Assembly (NCBI GenBank): GCA_031256725.1
Contig: JAIRQE010000013.1
Location: forward strand, 60,001 to 92,000
Source of the DNA: Propionibacteriaceae bacterium
Lineage (GTDB): Bacteria > Actinomycetota > Actinomycetes > Propionibacteriales > Propionibacteriaceae
DNA length: 32,000 nt
Reading direction: 5' to 3'
In this document: positions 1-8,829 of the stretch, piece by piece
Numbering within the stretch: the first letter of the stretch is position 1
Layout of the letters: each line of letters opens with the position of its first letter
Notes under the pieces: generated by a model
Told to the model about the DNA's origin: nothing
Seen by the model: the letters and a program-made list of their open reading frames with translations, nothing else
Database searches by the model: none
Translations under genes and position numbers: made by a program

Positions 1-69
1 GCGGATGCACAAGCTGCCTACGTACGTCAGCAGCCCACCAAGACTCCTCGTTCAAAGAGAGCGAAGTAG
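1..69 (+). CDS. 3' end of an upstream CDS (partial; product not assignable, secF is only a synteny guess)
   Basis: Frame 1 is open from the window edge (..ADAQAAYVRQQPTKTPRSKRAK*). It stops at TAG 67-69, 2 nt before the apt GTG. Only 22 codons are visible. Confidence 0.3.
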   Translation, partial: ADAQAAYVRQQPTKTPRSKRAK

Positions 70-71
70 TC

Positions 72-614
72 GTGACACTCTCGCAGATCCGGGAAGAACT
101 CATCGCCTCTCATATTGTCGATGTGCCTGACTTCCCTAAGCCGGGTGTGGTCTTCAAGGACATCACTCCCTTGTTGGCCCATCCCGAAGCCTATAGGGCA
201 TGTGTTGAGGCACTCGTTGATATGGCTCCCGACGGTGTTGATGTTGTTGTGGGTATGGAAGCCCGTGGTTTCGTCTTTGCTGCTCCTGTAGCACTGAGCC
301 TTGGAGTGGGTTTCGTTCCGGTACGCAAGCCAGGCAAACTTCCCAGGGATGTCTATTCCCACACCTTCGATCTTGAGTACGGGCAGGACACTTTGACAGT
401 CCATCAGGATGCCATTCAACCAGGAGCTCGAGTCTTCGTGGTGGATGATGTCCTTGCCACTGGAGGTACGATCGGAGCCACTGCCCAGTTGATTCAATAC
501 CTCGGTGCGGATCTGGTCAAAGTCGGAGTGGTCCTTGAACTCGGGTTTTTTGGGGGCCGTGCACATTTATCGTCATTAGGGATTGATCTGTTTTCCACCA
601 TCCTCGCTGTCTAG
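72..614 (+). CDS. apt: adenine phosphoribosyltransferase
   Basis: 180 aa with a GTG start. The N-terminus DVPDFPKPGVVFKDITPLL and the PRPP-binding loop VFVVDDVLATGGT are typical of type I APRT. The antisense ORF 27-566 is a shadow. Confidence 0.93.
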   Translation: MTLSQIREELIASHIVDVPDFPKPGVVFKDITPLLAHPEAYRACVEALVDMAPDGVDVVVGMEARGFVFAAPVALSLGVGFVPVRKPGKLPRDVYSHTFDLEYGQDTLTVHQDAIQPGARVFVVDDVLATGGTIGATAQLIQYLGADLVKVGVVLELGFFGGRAHLSSLGIDLFSTILAV

Positions 615-674
615 GAAAATGCTCCTCGCAACCCAAGCCAGGAACGGCGGGTACAATGAATCTAGGGAGCATCA

Positions 675-2939
675 ATGACTATGGACCTCGCATCCACCGA
701 AGTGGACACGACTAGCCGTTCGGACCCCATTGTCCGACCGGCTGATTATGGTGTGTACAACCAGGAGCTAGACGAGCTTTTTGCCGCTGTACGAGCTACC
801 CACCCCGAGACTAATTTTGCTGTACTGTGCAAAGCATTCGAGATTGCTGAATTTCAGCATCGACCACAAACAAGAACCTCAGGGGAGCCCTACATCACCC
901 ATCCCTTGGCTGTAGCTAAGATCGTCGCTGAACTGGGAATGAATGAACCCACTGTTGTAGCTGCAATCCTTCACGATACTGTGGAGGACACTGACTATAC
1001 CTTGGAAGAGATGACTCAAGACTTCTCCGAAGAAGTGGCCCAGATGGTCGATGCAGTCACTAAACTCGACAAATCATTGTATGGTGACCATGCTAAAGCC
1101 GAGACAATCCGTAAGATCATTGTCGCGATGTTCCATGACATTCGGGTTGTCGTCATCAAACTCGCTGATCGCCTTCACAATATGCGTACCATCGGCTCCC
1201 TTCGCCCTGACAAGCAGAACCGTGTAGCCAAGGAAACCCTCGACATCTATGCACCCCTGGCTCATCGCCTGGGGATGAACACGGTCAAATGGGAGTTGGA
1301 AGACCTTGCCTTTGCTGCACTTCAACCTAAGATCTACCACCAGATCGTTCATCAAGTCGCAGCAGAACAGCCCGCACGAGAAAAGATCCTTCAAGAGATC
1401 GTACCCGTGGCCCTCGAATCCCTCGAATCTAAAGGAATTAAAGCAAAGGTCTTTGGTCGACCCAAGCATTACTTCTCCATCTACCAGAAGATGGTGATCA
1501 GAGGCCGTGATTTCACCGACATCTATGACCTCCTGGGTCTCAGAGTGGTGGTTGAGTCTGAAAGTGACTGCTACCTTGCACTGGCTGCCATCCATAGCCT
1601 CTGGCAGCCTCTCCCAGGGCGTTTCAAGGACTATATCGTTAACCCGAAGTACTCCACCTATCAGTCCCTTCACACCACTGTTGTCGGCCCTCAAGGAAAA
1701 CCCGTTGAGTTCCAAATTCGTACCAAGGAAATGAACCGCAATGCAGAGTATGGCGTTGCAGCTCATTGGAAGTACAAAAAGAACCCAACAGCTGGAAAGA
1801 AAGGTACCGCCCGGCTCGATCCCATGGATCTTCTGTGGGTGAAAAGACTTAGCCAATGGCAGGCCGAAGAGGATGATCCTGCGGTTTTCTTGGACTACCT
1901 CACCACTGATCTTGCAGGTAAAGAAGTCATGGCTTTCTCGCCAAACTCCGACCTGTATTTCCTGCCCCAAGGTGCTACTCCTGTGGACTTTGCCTACACC
2001 ATCCACACAGAGGTTGGACACCACTGTATTGGTGCCCGTATCAACGGAAAGCTCGTTCGACTTGATACGGCCCTCAGTGATGGTGACGTGTGTGAGATCC
2101 TGACGACAAAGTCTCCTGATGCAGGCCCATCTCGTGACTGGCTTGACTTCGTCAAGAGTCCCAGATCCCGTCAGAAGATTAATCAGTTCTTCTCAAAGGA
2201 GCGTCGAGATCTATCCATCGAGTCAGGAAAGGACGTCCTCGCCAAGCAACTGAGGCATTCCGGGTTGCCATTGCAGAGAATCCTCACCCTGCCCTATCTC
2301 ACTGCGGTAGCATCAAAACTTCGTTTCTCTGATATTTCTGCACTCTATGCAGCAGTGGGGGAGGGAAAGGTTGGTGCCCAAAGGATTGTCGACCAACTGA
2401 TCGCTCTTGAGGGTGGCAAGGAACATGCTGCTGAGGAGTCTTTCGAGGATCGTGGCTTCTTCTCGATACCACGCCGCGATATTCAACGCAAGAGTTCTGG
2501 GGTGGAGGTTGAAGGGGACCCAGATGTTCTTGTCAAACTTGCTCGCTGTTGTACCCCCGTTCCTGGGGATGAAATTCTGGGATTCGTCACCAGAGCTCAA
2601 GGAGTTTCGGTCCATCGTCGCGATTGCCGCAATGTACAAGACCTTCTCAACCAGCCTGAAAGAATCCTGCACGTCTCCTGGTCGGCTCATGCAAGTGCAA
2701 ACTATCTGGTGACCATAAGCGTGGAAGGCCTGGATCGTACAGGTCTGCTTGCTGATGTTTCGGCAACACTAGCTGAAGACAAGGTCTCCATAGTGTCAGC
2801 CCAAGTGCAAGTAGGTAAGGACAGGACAACACATATGACCTTGTCGTTTGAAATTCCCGACCCAAGCTTCCTTCACCAGGTCATCAAGAAGGTACGTACC
2901 GTCCCCGAGGTAACCGAGGTACGTCGAGTAAACGCCTGA
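675..2939 (+). CDS. rel: bifunctional (p)ppGpp synthetase/hydrolase Rel (RelA/SpoT family)
   Basis: 754 aa. HD hydrolase motif AAILHDTVEDT; synthetase motifs YQSLHTTV, EFQIRTKEMN and GVAAHWKYK; a TGS-like segment (FSPNSDLYFLPQGATPVDFAYTIH); a C-terminal ACT-like region. GGGAG lies 5 nt upstream of ATG 675. Confidence 0.95.
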   Translation: MTMDLASTEVDTTSRSDPIVRPADYGVYNQELDELFAAVRATHPETNFAVLCKAFEIAEFQHRPQTRTSGEPYITHPLAVAKIVAELGMNEPTVVAAILHDTVEDTDYTLEEMTQDFSEEVAQMVDAVTKLDKSLYGDHAKAETIRKIIVAMFHDIRVVVIKLADRLHNMRTIGSLRPDKQNRVAKETLDIYAPLAHRLGMNTVKWELEDLAFAALQPKIYHQIVHQVAAEQPAREKILQEIVPVALESLESKGIKAKVFGRPKHYFSIYQKMVIRGRDFTDIYDLLGLRVVVESESDCYLALAAIHSLWQPLPGRFKDYIVNPKYSTYQSLHTTVVGPQGKPVEFQIRTKEMNRNAEYGVAAHWKYKKNPTAGKKGTARLDPMDLLWVKRLSQWQAEEDDPAVFLDYLTTDLAGKEVMAFSPNSDLYFLPQGATPVDFAYTIHTEVGHHCIGARINGKLVRLDTALSDGDVCEILTTKSPDAGPSRDWLDFVKSPRSRQKINQFFSKERRDLSIESGKDVLAKQLRHSGLPLQRILTLPYLTAVASKLRFSDISALYAAVGEGKVGAQRIVDQLIALEGGKEHAAEESFEDRGFFSIPRRDIQRKSSGVEVEGDPDVLVKLARCCTPVPGDEILGFVTRAQGVSVHRRDCRNVQDLLNQPERILHVSWSAHASANYLVTISVEGLDRTGLLADVSATLAEDKVSIVSAQVQVGKDRTTHMTLSFEIPDPSFLHQVIKKVRTVPEVTEVRRVNA

Positions 2940-2958
2940 CCCAGTGGGTCCAAGTCGT

Positions 2959-4203
2959 TTATGCGTTCAGTTCATCCAAGGTCTGTTGAGCCTGATCAAG
3001 CCAGATCTGGTAGGTAGCAATCGACGCCTGAGTCTTCGTAATCTGCGACTTGTCACCCTTAGCCTCAGCCTTGCTGAGCTGCTCTTCTAACTTGGCAATC
3101 TGGGAGGCAAACAAATTGACTGTCTCTTGGGCACGTGCACGGGTCTGGGGATCAGTACGAGCCCACTCACGCTTGTCAGCCTCATCAATGGCTGACTCAA
3201 TGGCGCGTACACGAGAGTCGATGGCCTTCATCTGATCGGAGGGTACACGCCCCAGCGCATTGAACGCAGTGATGAACTCCCGATAGGAAGAGCGTGCCTT
3301 TGCCACATCAGTGACAGGAAGAATCTCCGCCTCGGCTTTAGTCAGCAACTCCAACTTGGCGCCCAAATTGCTGTGGAACTCCTCATCTTGGGCAGAAAAA
3401 ACCTCAGAACGGCGTGTGAAGAATGAATCTTGGACAGCGCGGAATCTGGCCCACAGTTCGTCATCCACATGACGTCCAGCCCCACCAGCAGCCTTCCAAC
3501 GAGTCATAAGCTGTCGGAAAGCAGAGGCAGTAGCACCCCAATCTGAGGACTGAGCCAGGGTTTCGGCCTCCGCAATAATGGCTTCCTTGGCTTCCTTCGC
3601 ATAGCCCTGCTGGACACTCAACTCCGCGAAATGGGTCTTGCGTCGACGAGTGTAGGTCGTACGTGCGGTGGAGAAACGATGCCATAGTTCATCATCTGCC
3701 GAGCGTTCAAGGCGGGGGAGAGTCTTCCACTCTTCAAGGAGGTCCCTGTACTTTTGGACTCCTGTACCCCAATCGCTGCTGGCGGCAAGCTTTTCAGCAA
3801 TGACGACCATCTCTTCTTTACGGGTACGGGCGGCAGCAACAGCGCGTGCCTTCTCTTCTCGACGCAATTCTGCCTGGGAATCAATGATCTCTGCCAGAGG
3901 GTCAAGACGAGCAGCCAAACCTTCGAGGTCTCCCACTGCGTTGGCTTCAAGGATGGTTGTACGCAGATTGCCCACGGATTTCCGAGCCTCTTCGGGGTTT
4001 AATGCTCCATTGCGTATGCGCTGAGCAAGCAGACCAACCTCCACTTCCAGTGCTTCTGCGCGGCGCTCAAAGAATGCGAGAGCCTGCTCTGGTGTACTAT
4101 CTGGAATCTGTCCCACAGCACGTTCAGTGTCACCAATGCGAACATAGACAGTTCCATCGTCGGCTACGCGCCCAAACGAGGAAGGCCTTGGAGTTTCAGT
4201 CAT
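2959..4203 (-). CDS. DUF349 domain-containing protein (function unknown)
   Basis: 414 aa, helical and charged. It has a clear internal ~77-aa repeat: SSDWGTGVQKYRDLLEEWKTLPRLERSADDELWHRFSTARTTYTRRRKTHF versus SSDWGATASAFRQLMTRWKAAGGAGRHVDDELWARFRAVQDSFFTRRSEVF, plus a degenerate third copy. The N-terminus FGRVADDGTVYVR is typical of actinobacterial DUF349 proteins. Confidence 0.85.
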   Translation of the reverse strand: MTETPRPSSFGRVADDGTVYVRIGDTERAVGQIPDSTPEQALAFFERRAEALEVEVGLLAQRIRNGALNPEEARKSVGNLRTTILEANAVGDLEGLAARLDPLAEIIDSQAELRREEKARAVAAARTRKEEMVVIAEKLAASSDWGTGVQKYRDLLEEWKTLPRLERSADDELWHRFSTARTTYTRRRKTHFAELSVQQGYAKEAKEAIIAEAETLAQSSDWGATASAFRQLMTRWKAAGGAGRHVDDELWARFRAVQDSFFTRRSEVFSAQDEEFHSNLGAKLELLTKAEAEILPVTDVAKARSSYREFITAFNALGRVPSDQMKAIDSRVRAIESAIDEADKREWARTDPQTRARAQETVNLFASQIAKLEEQLSKAEAKGDKSQITKTQASIATYQIWLDQAQQTLDELNA

Positions 4204-4310
4204 ATGTCCTATCTTGCCCGATTTCTCAGTATTTGTCCTATCGGTGTTGGGAAACGAGAAACTTGCGTCTTAATCGTTATAAAACTGTGGCCCTGAAGTA
4301 GACTTTTCGG

Positions 4311-5627
4311 ATGGCTGCAATTTCCGGTTTTCCCGAATTCCTGCCCGAGGGGCGTTTCATTGAAACACGGGCCCTCGACATCTTGCGACAGGTCTTTGAA
4401 CTCCATGGTTTTGCGGGTATCCAAACTCGCTCACTGGAGCCTCTTGCAGAGTTGAGTCGCAAGGGCGAGATCACCAAAGAGGTCTATGTTGTCCGCCGAC
4501 TTCACGCCGAATCTGGCGAAGAGGATGCGTGGGGCCTCCACTATGACTTGACTGTACCCTTTGCTAGGTATGTCCTTGACCACGCTGGGCATCTGAACTT
4601 CCCCTTCCGCCGGTACCAAATACAGCCAGCCTGGCGAGGTGAGCGTCCTCAAGAGGGAAGATTCCGGGAATTCTGGCAGGCTGACATCGATATTGTTGGG
4701 CAATCCACTCTCAGTTTCCACCACGACAGTGAGGTTGTCTTGGTGATGTTGGAAGCCTGTGAGAGGTTGCACCACGAGTTGGGGATCCCACCTGTACTCA
4801 TGAGAATCAACAATCGCAAGCTCATCCAGGGTTTCTATGCCGAAATTGGAATAGCTGACCCCCTGGCGGCCATTCAGATTGTCGATAAGTTGCCTAAGAT
4901 TGGCGAGAAAGCCGTGGGGGAGATACTCTCCCAACAAGGGATCGGGGCCAAAGAAATCGACTTGATTCTGCGCTTTGCAGCGGTGTCCTCCACTGTGGGC
5001 AGTGTTAAAGATCAGGTACAAGCCTTCGGCCTCACCAATGAGATTCTTCAGGAAGGCCTTGAGGAGGTACAGAACCTCTTCGATGCTGTTCATGCTTGGT
5101 TCCCCGCTAATGTGGTCATCGATTGCAAGATAGCCCGTGGCTTGGATTACTACACTGGGTCTGTCTTTGAGTTGGAGCTTCAAGGCAAGGAGTCCCTGGG
5201 AACGGTATGTGCTGGTGGGCGCTACGATTCCTTGGCCACAGATGGAAAAACCACATATCCGGGAGTGGGGATCTCTTTTGGTGTGTCGAGGGTCTTTGTT
5301 CCCCTGATCTCGAAGGGGGATCTTCGTGGTTCCCGTTCAGTTCCTTCGGCAGTTCTTGTTGCTGTGGATAGTGAGGATCAACGCCCCCATGCTAATGAGG
5401 TGGCTCATGCTCTACGCAGCAGGGGAATCCCGTGTGAAGTCTCACCCAATTCCCAGAAGTACGGCAAGCAGATCCGCTTCGCGGATAAGCGAGGAATCCC
5501 CTATGTCTGGTTTGGTTCGATTTCGGGGCAGATCAAAGACATTCGTACCGGTGACCAAAGTGATGCTGATGCATTGTCGTGGACCCCACCCAATGAAGAT
5601 ATGATACCATATGTAATCCGTACTTAG
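4311..5627 (+). CDS. hisS: histidine--tRNA ligase
   Basis: 438 aa. Class II motif 2 region FPFRRYQIQPAWRGERPQEGRFREFWQ, HisRS signature CAGGRYDSLA, and a C-terminal anticodon-binding-like domain. Confidence 0.93.
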   Translation: MAAISGFPEFLPEGRFIETRALDILRQVFELHGFAGIQTRSLEPLAELSRKGEITKEVYVVRRLHAESGEEDAWGLHYDLTVPFARYVLDHAGHLNFPFRRYQIQPAWRGERPQEGRFREFWQADIDIVGQSTLSFHHDSEVVLVMLEACERLHHELGIPPVLMRINNRKLIQGFYAEIGIADPLAAIQIVDKLPKIGEKAVGEILSQQGIGAKEIDLILRFAAVSSTVGSVKDQVQAFGLTNEILQEGLEEVQNLFDAVHAWFPANVVIDCKIARGLDYYTGSVFELELQGKESLGTVCAGGRYDSLATDGKTTYPGVGISFGVSRVFVPLISKGDLRGSRSVPSAVLVAVDSEDQRPHANEVAHALRSRGIPCEVSPNSQKYGKQIRFADKRGIPYVWFGSISGQIKDIRTGDQSDADALSWTPPNEDMIPYVIRT

Positions 5628-5695
5628 GGGTACAACTGCTAGACTTCCCCAGGCTGCGTACTGTCTATGCGTGAGCCATGGAGAAAGGATATGCG

Positions 5696-7480
5696 ATGAT
5701 TCGCACCCACAAATCTGGTCTGTTGACCTCGGAAAATATCTCAGATACGGTCATACTTGCAGGGTGGGTGAATACCCGTCGTGATCATGGTGGAGTCGTC
5801 TTTATTGATCTGCGAGACGCAAGTGGTGTGGCTCAATGTGTGATCCGCGAGGACCTTGTTGATGAATTGAATGCACACAAGCTTCGTAGCGAATATTGCC
5901 TTGCTGTGACTGGGGTTGTCGAGGCTCGCTCACCAGAGACCATAAACCCCACTATGCCGACAGGTGAGATCGAAGTTGTGGTGTCTGAGATCGAGATTCT
6001 CAACCCTTCTGCACCCCTTCCTTTCCCTATCGACGAGAGAGTGACTGTAGGTGATGATGCACGTTTCACCTACCGTTATCTTGACCTTCGTCGTCCGAGT
6101 CAGGGCAATGCGCTGCGCCTGCGTTCCAAGGTGAATGCTGCAGCCCGCGAGGTACTCGGGGCCCATGACTTTGTGGAGATTGAGACTCCCACCCTCACAA
6201 GGTCCACCCCTGAAGGGGCACGTGACTTCCTTGTACCTGCACGGTTGAGCCCAGGGTCATGGTACGCACTCCCACAGAGTCCGCAATTGTTTAAGCAGTT
6301 ACTCATGGTAGGCGGCATGGAGCGGTACTACCAGATCTGCCGCTGCTACCGAGATGAGGATTTCCGCGCAGATCGCCAGCCAGAGTTTACCCAACTCGAC
6401 GTTGAGATGAGCTTCGTCAACCAAGAGGACATCATTAATCTCAGCGAACAGATCATCAAAGCAGTCTGGGGAGTCATCGGTGTGGAGTTGACCACCCCAT
6501 TCCCGCGTCTGAGTTTTGCTGAGGCCATGAACCGATATGGTTCGGACAAGCCTGATCTGCGTTTTGATCTGGAGATCACAGAGCTCACGGATGTTTTCGC
6601 AGAAACCGAGTTTAGAGTCTTTCAAGCAGCCTATGTTGGAGCAGTGGTGATGACCGGAGGGGCGAGTCTTCCTCGACGTCAGTTTGATGCTTGGCAGGAA
6701 TGGGCCAAGACTCGTGGAGCCAAGGGGTTGGCATACATCACCATCTCAGATAAAGGTGAATTGGGTGGCCCTGTAGCGAAGAACCTGTCGGAGAAGGAGT
6801 TGGCTGAGATCGCCCCTCGTACAGGTGCAAAACCAGGGGATGCCATCTTCTTTGCCGCGGGACCTCGTACCAAGTCTCAGGCTCTCCTGGGTGCAGCGAG
6901 AAATGAGATTGCTGAACGTCTCGGTTTGGTCGATTCTGAGAAGTGGTCCCTGTTGTGGGTTGTCGATGCGCCCTTGTTTAAGCCAACCACTGAGGCTGAA
7001 GAAGAGGGAGATGTTGCTGTGGGGGCAGGTGCGTGGACAGCAGTACATCACGCATTCACGTCCCCGAAGCCTGACTGCTTGGACACTTTCGACACTGATC
7101 CAGGGTCTGCATTGGCCTATGCCTATGACATCGTCTGCAATGGCAATGAAATCGGTGGTGGTTCTATCAGGATCCATCGCCGGGATATCCAAGAGCGAGT
7201 TTTCTCGGTCATGGGCCTTAGCGAAGAAGAGGTACAAGAAAAGTTCGGCTTCCTACTTTCAGCCTTCCAGTACGGCGCCCCCCCTCATGGTGGAATCGCC
7301 TTTGGTTGGGATCGTATCGTGGGCCTTCTTGCTGGTGCTGAGTCTATTCGTGAGGTCATCGCCTTCCCCAAGATTGGCAGTGGGTACGATCCTCTCACGG
7401 GCGCACCCACACCTATTACGGTTCAACAACGCCGCGAAGCCGGTGTCGATTTTCGACCCAAGCCGAAGGAACAGGATTAG
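5696..7480 (+). CDS. aspS: aspartate--tRNA ligase
   Basis: OB-fold N-terminus [22 protein letters not shown], plus [31 protein letters not shown] and [10 protein letters not shown] prefer ATG 5696 (MIRTHKSG) because GGAGAAAGGA sits just upstream. ATG 5678 from the ORF track is an alternative start. Confidence 0.92.
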   Translation: MIRTHKSGLLTSENISDTVILAGWVNTRRDHGGVVFIDLRDASGVAQCVIREDLVDELNAHKLRSEYCLAVTGVVEARSPETINPTMPTGEIEVVVSEIEILNPSAPLPFPIDERVTVGDDARFTYRYLDLRRPSQGNALRLRSKVNAAAREVLGAHDFVEIETPTLTRSTPEGARDFLVPARLSPGSWYALPQSPQLFKQLLMVGGMERYYQICRCYRDEDFRADRQPEFTQLDVEMSFVNQEDIINLSEQIIKAVWGVIGVELTTPFPRLSFAEAMNRYGSDKPDLRFDLEITELTDVFAETEFRVFQAAYVGAVVMTGGASLPRRQFDAWQEWAKTRGAKGLAYITISDKGELGGPVAKNLSEKELAEIAPRTGAKPGDAIFFAAGPRTKSQALLGAARNEIAERLGLVDSEKWSLLWVVDAPLFKPTTEAEEEGDVAVGAGAWTAVHHAFTSPKPDCLDTFDTDPGSALAYAYDIVCNGNEIGGGSIRIHRRDIQERVFSVMGLSEEEVQEKFGFLLSAFQYGAPPHGGIAFGWDRIVGLLAGAESIREVIAFPKIGSGYDPLTGAPTPITVQQRREAGVDFRPKPKEQD

Positions 7481-7629
7481 TACCTAGGTGCGAAACTGAC
7501 CAGTTGCCTGGATTGTTGTGAAACTGTGACCTCTCTTATGGGGAAAATCATGGCATCGTCTGTTCCTGACGAGTACATTAGTTGGGTAGTTCGGAGGGAT
7601 CCCCTCCAATACAGACGATAGGAAGAAAC

Positions 7630-8673
7630 GTGAAGAAAATTGCAGCATCGGTCGTATTGTTGACCGCAGCAGCCCTAGCTCTCGCCGGCTGTGCAGATGC
7701 ACCTCAGACCAATGATAGTTTCCTTGCATGCATGATCTCCGACCAGGGTGGATTTGATGATAAGTCCTTCAACCAATCAGGTCATGAAGGCTTGCTCAAG
7801 GCAGAGAGTGAACTCGGTGTGACTACTAAGGCATCTGAGTCACAGAATGCCACGGACTTTGCTCCGAACCTTGAGGCCATGCAGGCTCAGAACTGCAACC
7901 TCACCATCACTGTCGGGTACCTTCTTAAGGAAGCCACTGAAGCTCAGGCCTTGGTGACACCCGACGCTCATTTTGCCATCATTGATGACAATCAGATCGT
8001 CCTGCCGAATGTGAAGCCACTGGTCTTCAAGACCTCTGACGCTTCCTTCCTTGCAGGCTATCTTGCCGCTGCTTATTCCACAACCGGTACCGTAGCCACC
8101 TTCGGTGGAATTGCCATTCCTTCCGTCACCATCTTCATGGATGGTTTCGTTGATGGTGTTGCTCGCTACAACGAAGACAATGGTGCTGATGTCAAGGTTC
8201 TCGGTTGGGACAAGGACAAGCAAGATGGTGTTTTCACAGGTAACTTTGAAGACCAGTCCAAGGGTCAGAATACCACGAAGAATTTCATCGACCAGGGTGC
8301 AGATGTCATCATGCCCGTTGCAGGTCCTGTGGGTAACGGTGCTGCCGCTGCCGCTAAGGAAGCCGGAAATGTTGCGATCATTTGGGTTGATGCTGATGGA
8401 TATGAGACCGCTCCTCAGTACAAGGATCTCTTCTTGACCTCCGTGATCAAGGAGATCGGCGCTTCTGTCTTCGATACAGTCAAGGAAGCCCAAGCAGGCA
8501 ACTTCTCGTCCGATCCTTACATTGGTACTCTTGCCAATGGTGGTGTGGGTATTGCTCCACTCCATGACTTCGAGTCAAAGGTTCCTCAGGAAGTCCAAGA
8601 CAAGATTGAAGAACTCAAGGCTGATATTGCCTCAGGCGCTTTGAAGGTTACATCACCTTCGGATCCTCAGTAA
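7630..8673 (+). CDS. BMP-family (PnrA/Med-like) ABC transporter substrate-binding lipoprotein, probable nucleoside-binding
   Basis: GTG 7630 is preceded by AGGAAG. Signal peptide with lipobox VKKIAASVVLLTAAALALAGC. BMP-family body (DKSFNQSGHEGL, FLAGYLAA, VIMPVAGPVGNGA). It sits directly upstream of an ABC ATPase, two permeases and deo genes. Confidence 0.9.
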   Translation: MKKIAASVVLLTAAALALAGCADAPQTNDSFLACMISDQGGFDDKSFNQSGHEGLLKAESELGVTTKASESQNATDFAPNLEAMQAQNCNLTITVGYLLKEATEAQALVTPDAHFAIIDDNQIVLPNVKPLVFKTSDASFLAGYLAAAYSTTGTVATFGGIAIPSVTIFMDGFVDGVARYNEDNGADVKVLGWDKDKQDGVFTGNFEDQSKGQNTTKNFIDQGADVIMPVAGPVGNGAAAAAKEAGNVAIIWVDADGYETAPQYKDLFLTSVIKEIGASVFDTVKEAQAGNFSSDPYIGTLANGGVGIAPLHDFESKVPQEVQDKIEELKADIASGALKVTSPSDPQ

Positions 8674-8727
8674 TACAGATTCTCCGTAATCACCATGAGT
8701 ACCTCAGGTGATTATGGATAGAAATAG

Positions 8728-8778
8728 GGAACCGGGCTTATACCCACTCACGTGGGAATAGGTCCGGTTTTCTTCTTT
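8728..8778 (+). terminator. intrinsic terminator/attenuator between the binding-protein gene and the ABC ATPase gene
   Basis: GGAACCGG..CCGGTTTT outer stem (two G.U pairs) enclosing CCCAC-TCAC-GTGGG, followed by the T-rich run TTTTCTTCTTT. A separate 8-bp hairpin TAATCACC/GGTGATTA lies at 8687-8714. Confidence 0.5.
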
Positions 8779-8829
8779 AAACAAGAGGAATTACGGATAG
8801 AGTTGTGCTAGAACTGACAAGGAGGGGCA

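Noticed and set aside
1074-2024. A 316-aa ORF antisense to rel, plus other long shadow ORFs (27-566, 4431-5183, 6825-7487, 7840-8565, 17870-18460, 20249-20836, 28998-29606, 31038-31718).
   Set aside because: Each lies entirely inside a gene with strong family motifs in another frame or strand. The translations have no recognisable motifs or RBS. Long shadow ORFs are expected where sense codon usage avoids TTA, CTA and TCA.
4204-4310. T-box or other long leaders upstream of hisS, aspS and trpS.
   Set aside because: The intergenic spaces are 107 nt (shared with a divergent gene), about 68 nt, and zero (ATGA overlap). These are too short for a T-box leader, and I found no specifier or antiterminator features.
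7582-7629. Upstream extensions proposed by the ORF track for the BMP gene (TTG 7582). Similar extensions exist at 10343-10417, 19272-19337, 30897-30941 and 5678-5695.
   Set aside because: The internal starts give canonical N-termini: a lipoprotein signal peptide, MSDLNE after the ATPase stop, MSNES, the RbpA MRTIAL start, and the AspRS MIRTH start. They also have better RBS placement. The extensions add non-homologous residues or overlap the upstream gene.
7481-7629. A purine or 2'-deoxyguanosine riboswitch upstream of the nucleoside-binding lipoprotein gene.
   Set aside because: Only two short hairpins are present (TCGTC-TGTTCCT-GACGA at 7556-7572 and GGAGGG-ATC-CCCTCC at 7593-7607). The three-way junction and the conserved J1-2, J2-3 and loop-loop sequences of purine riboswitches are not there.
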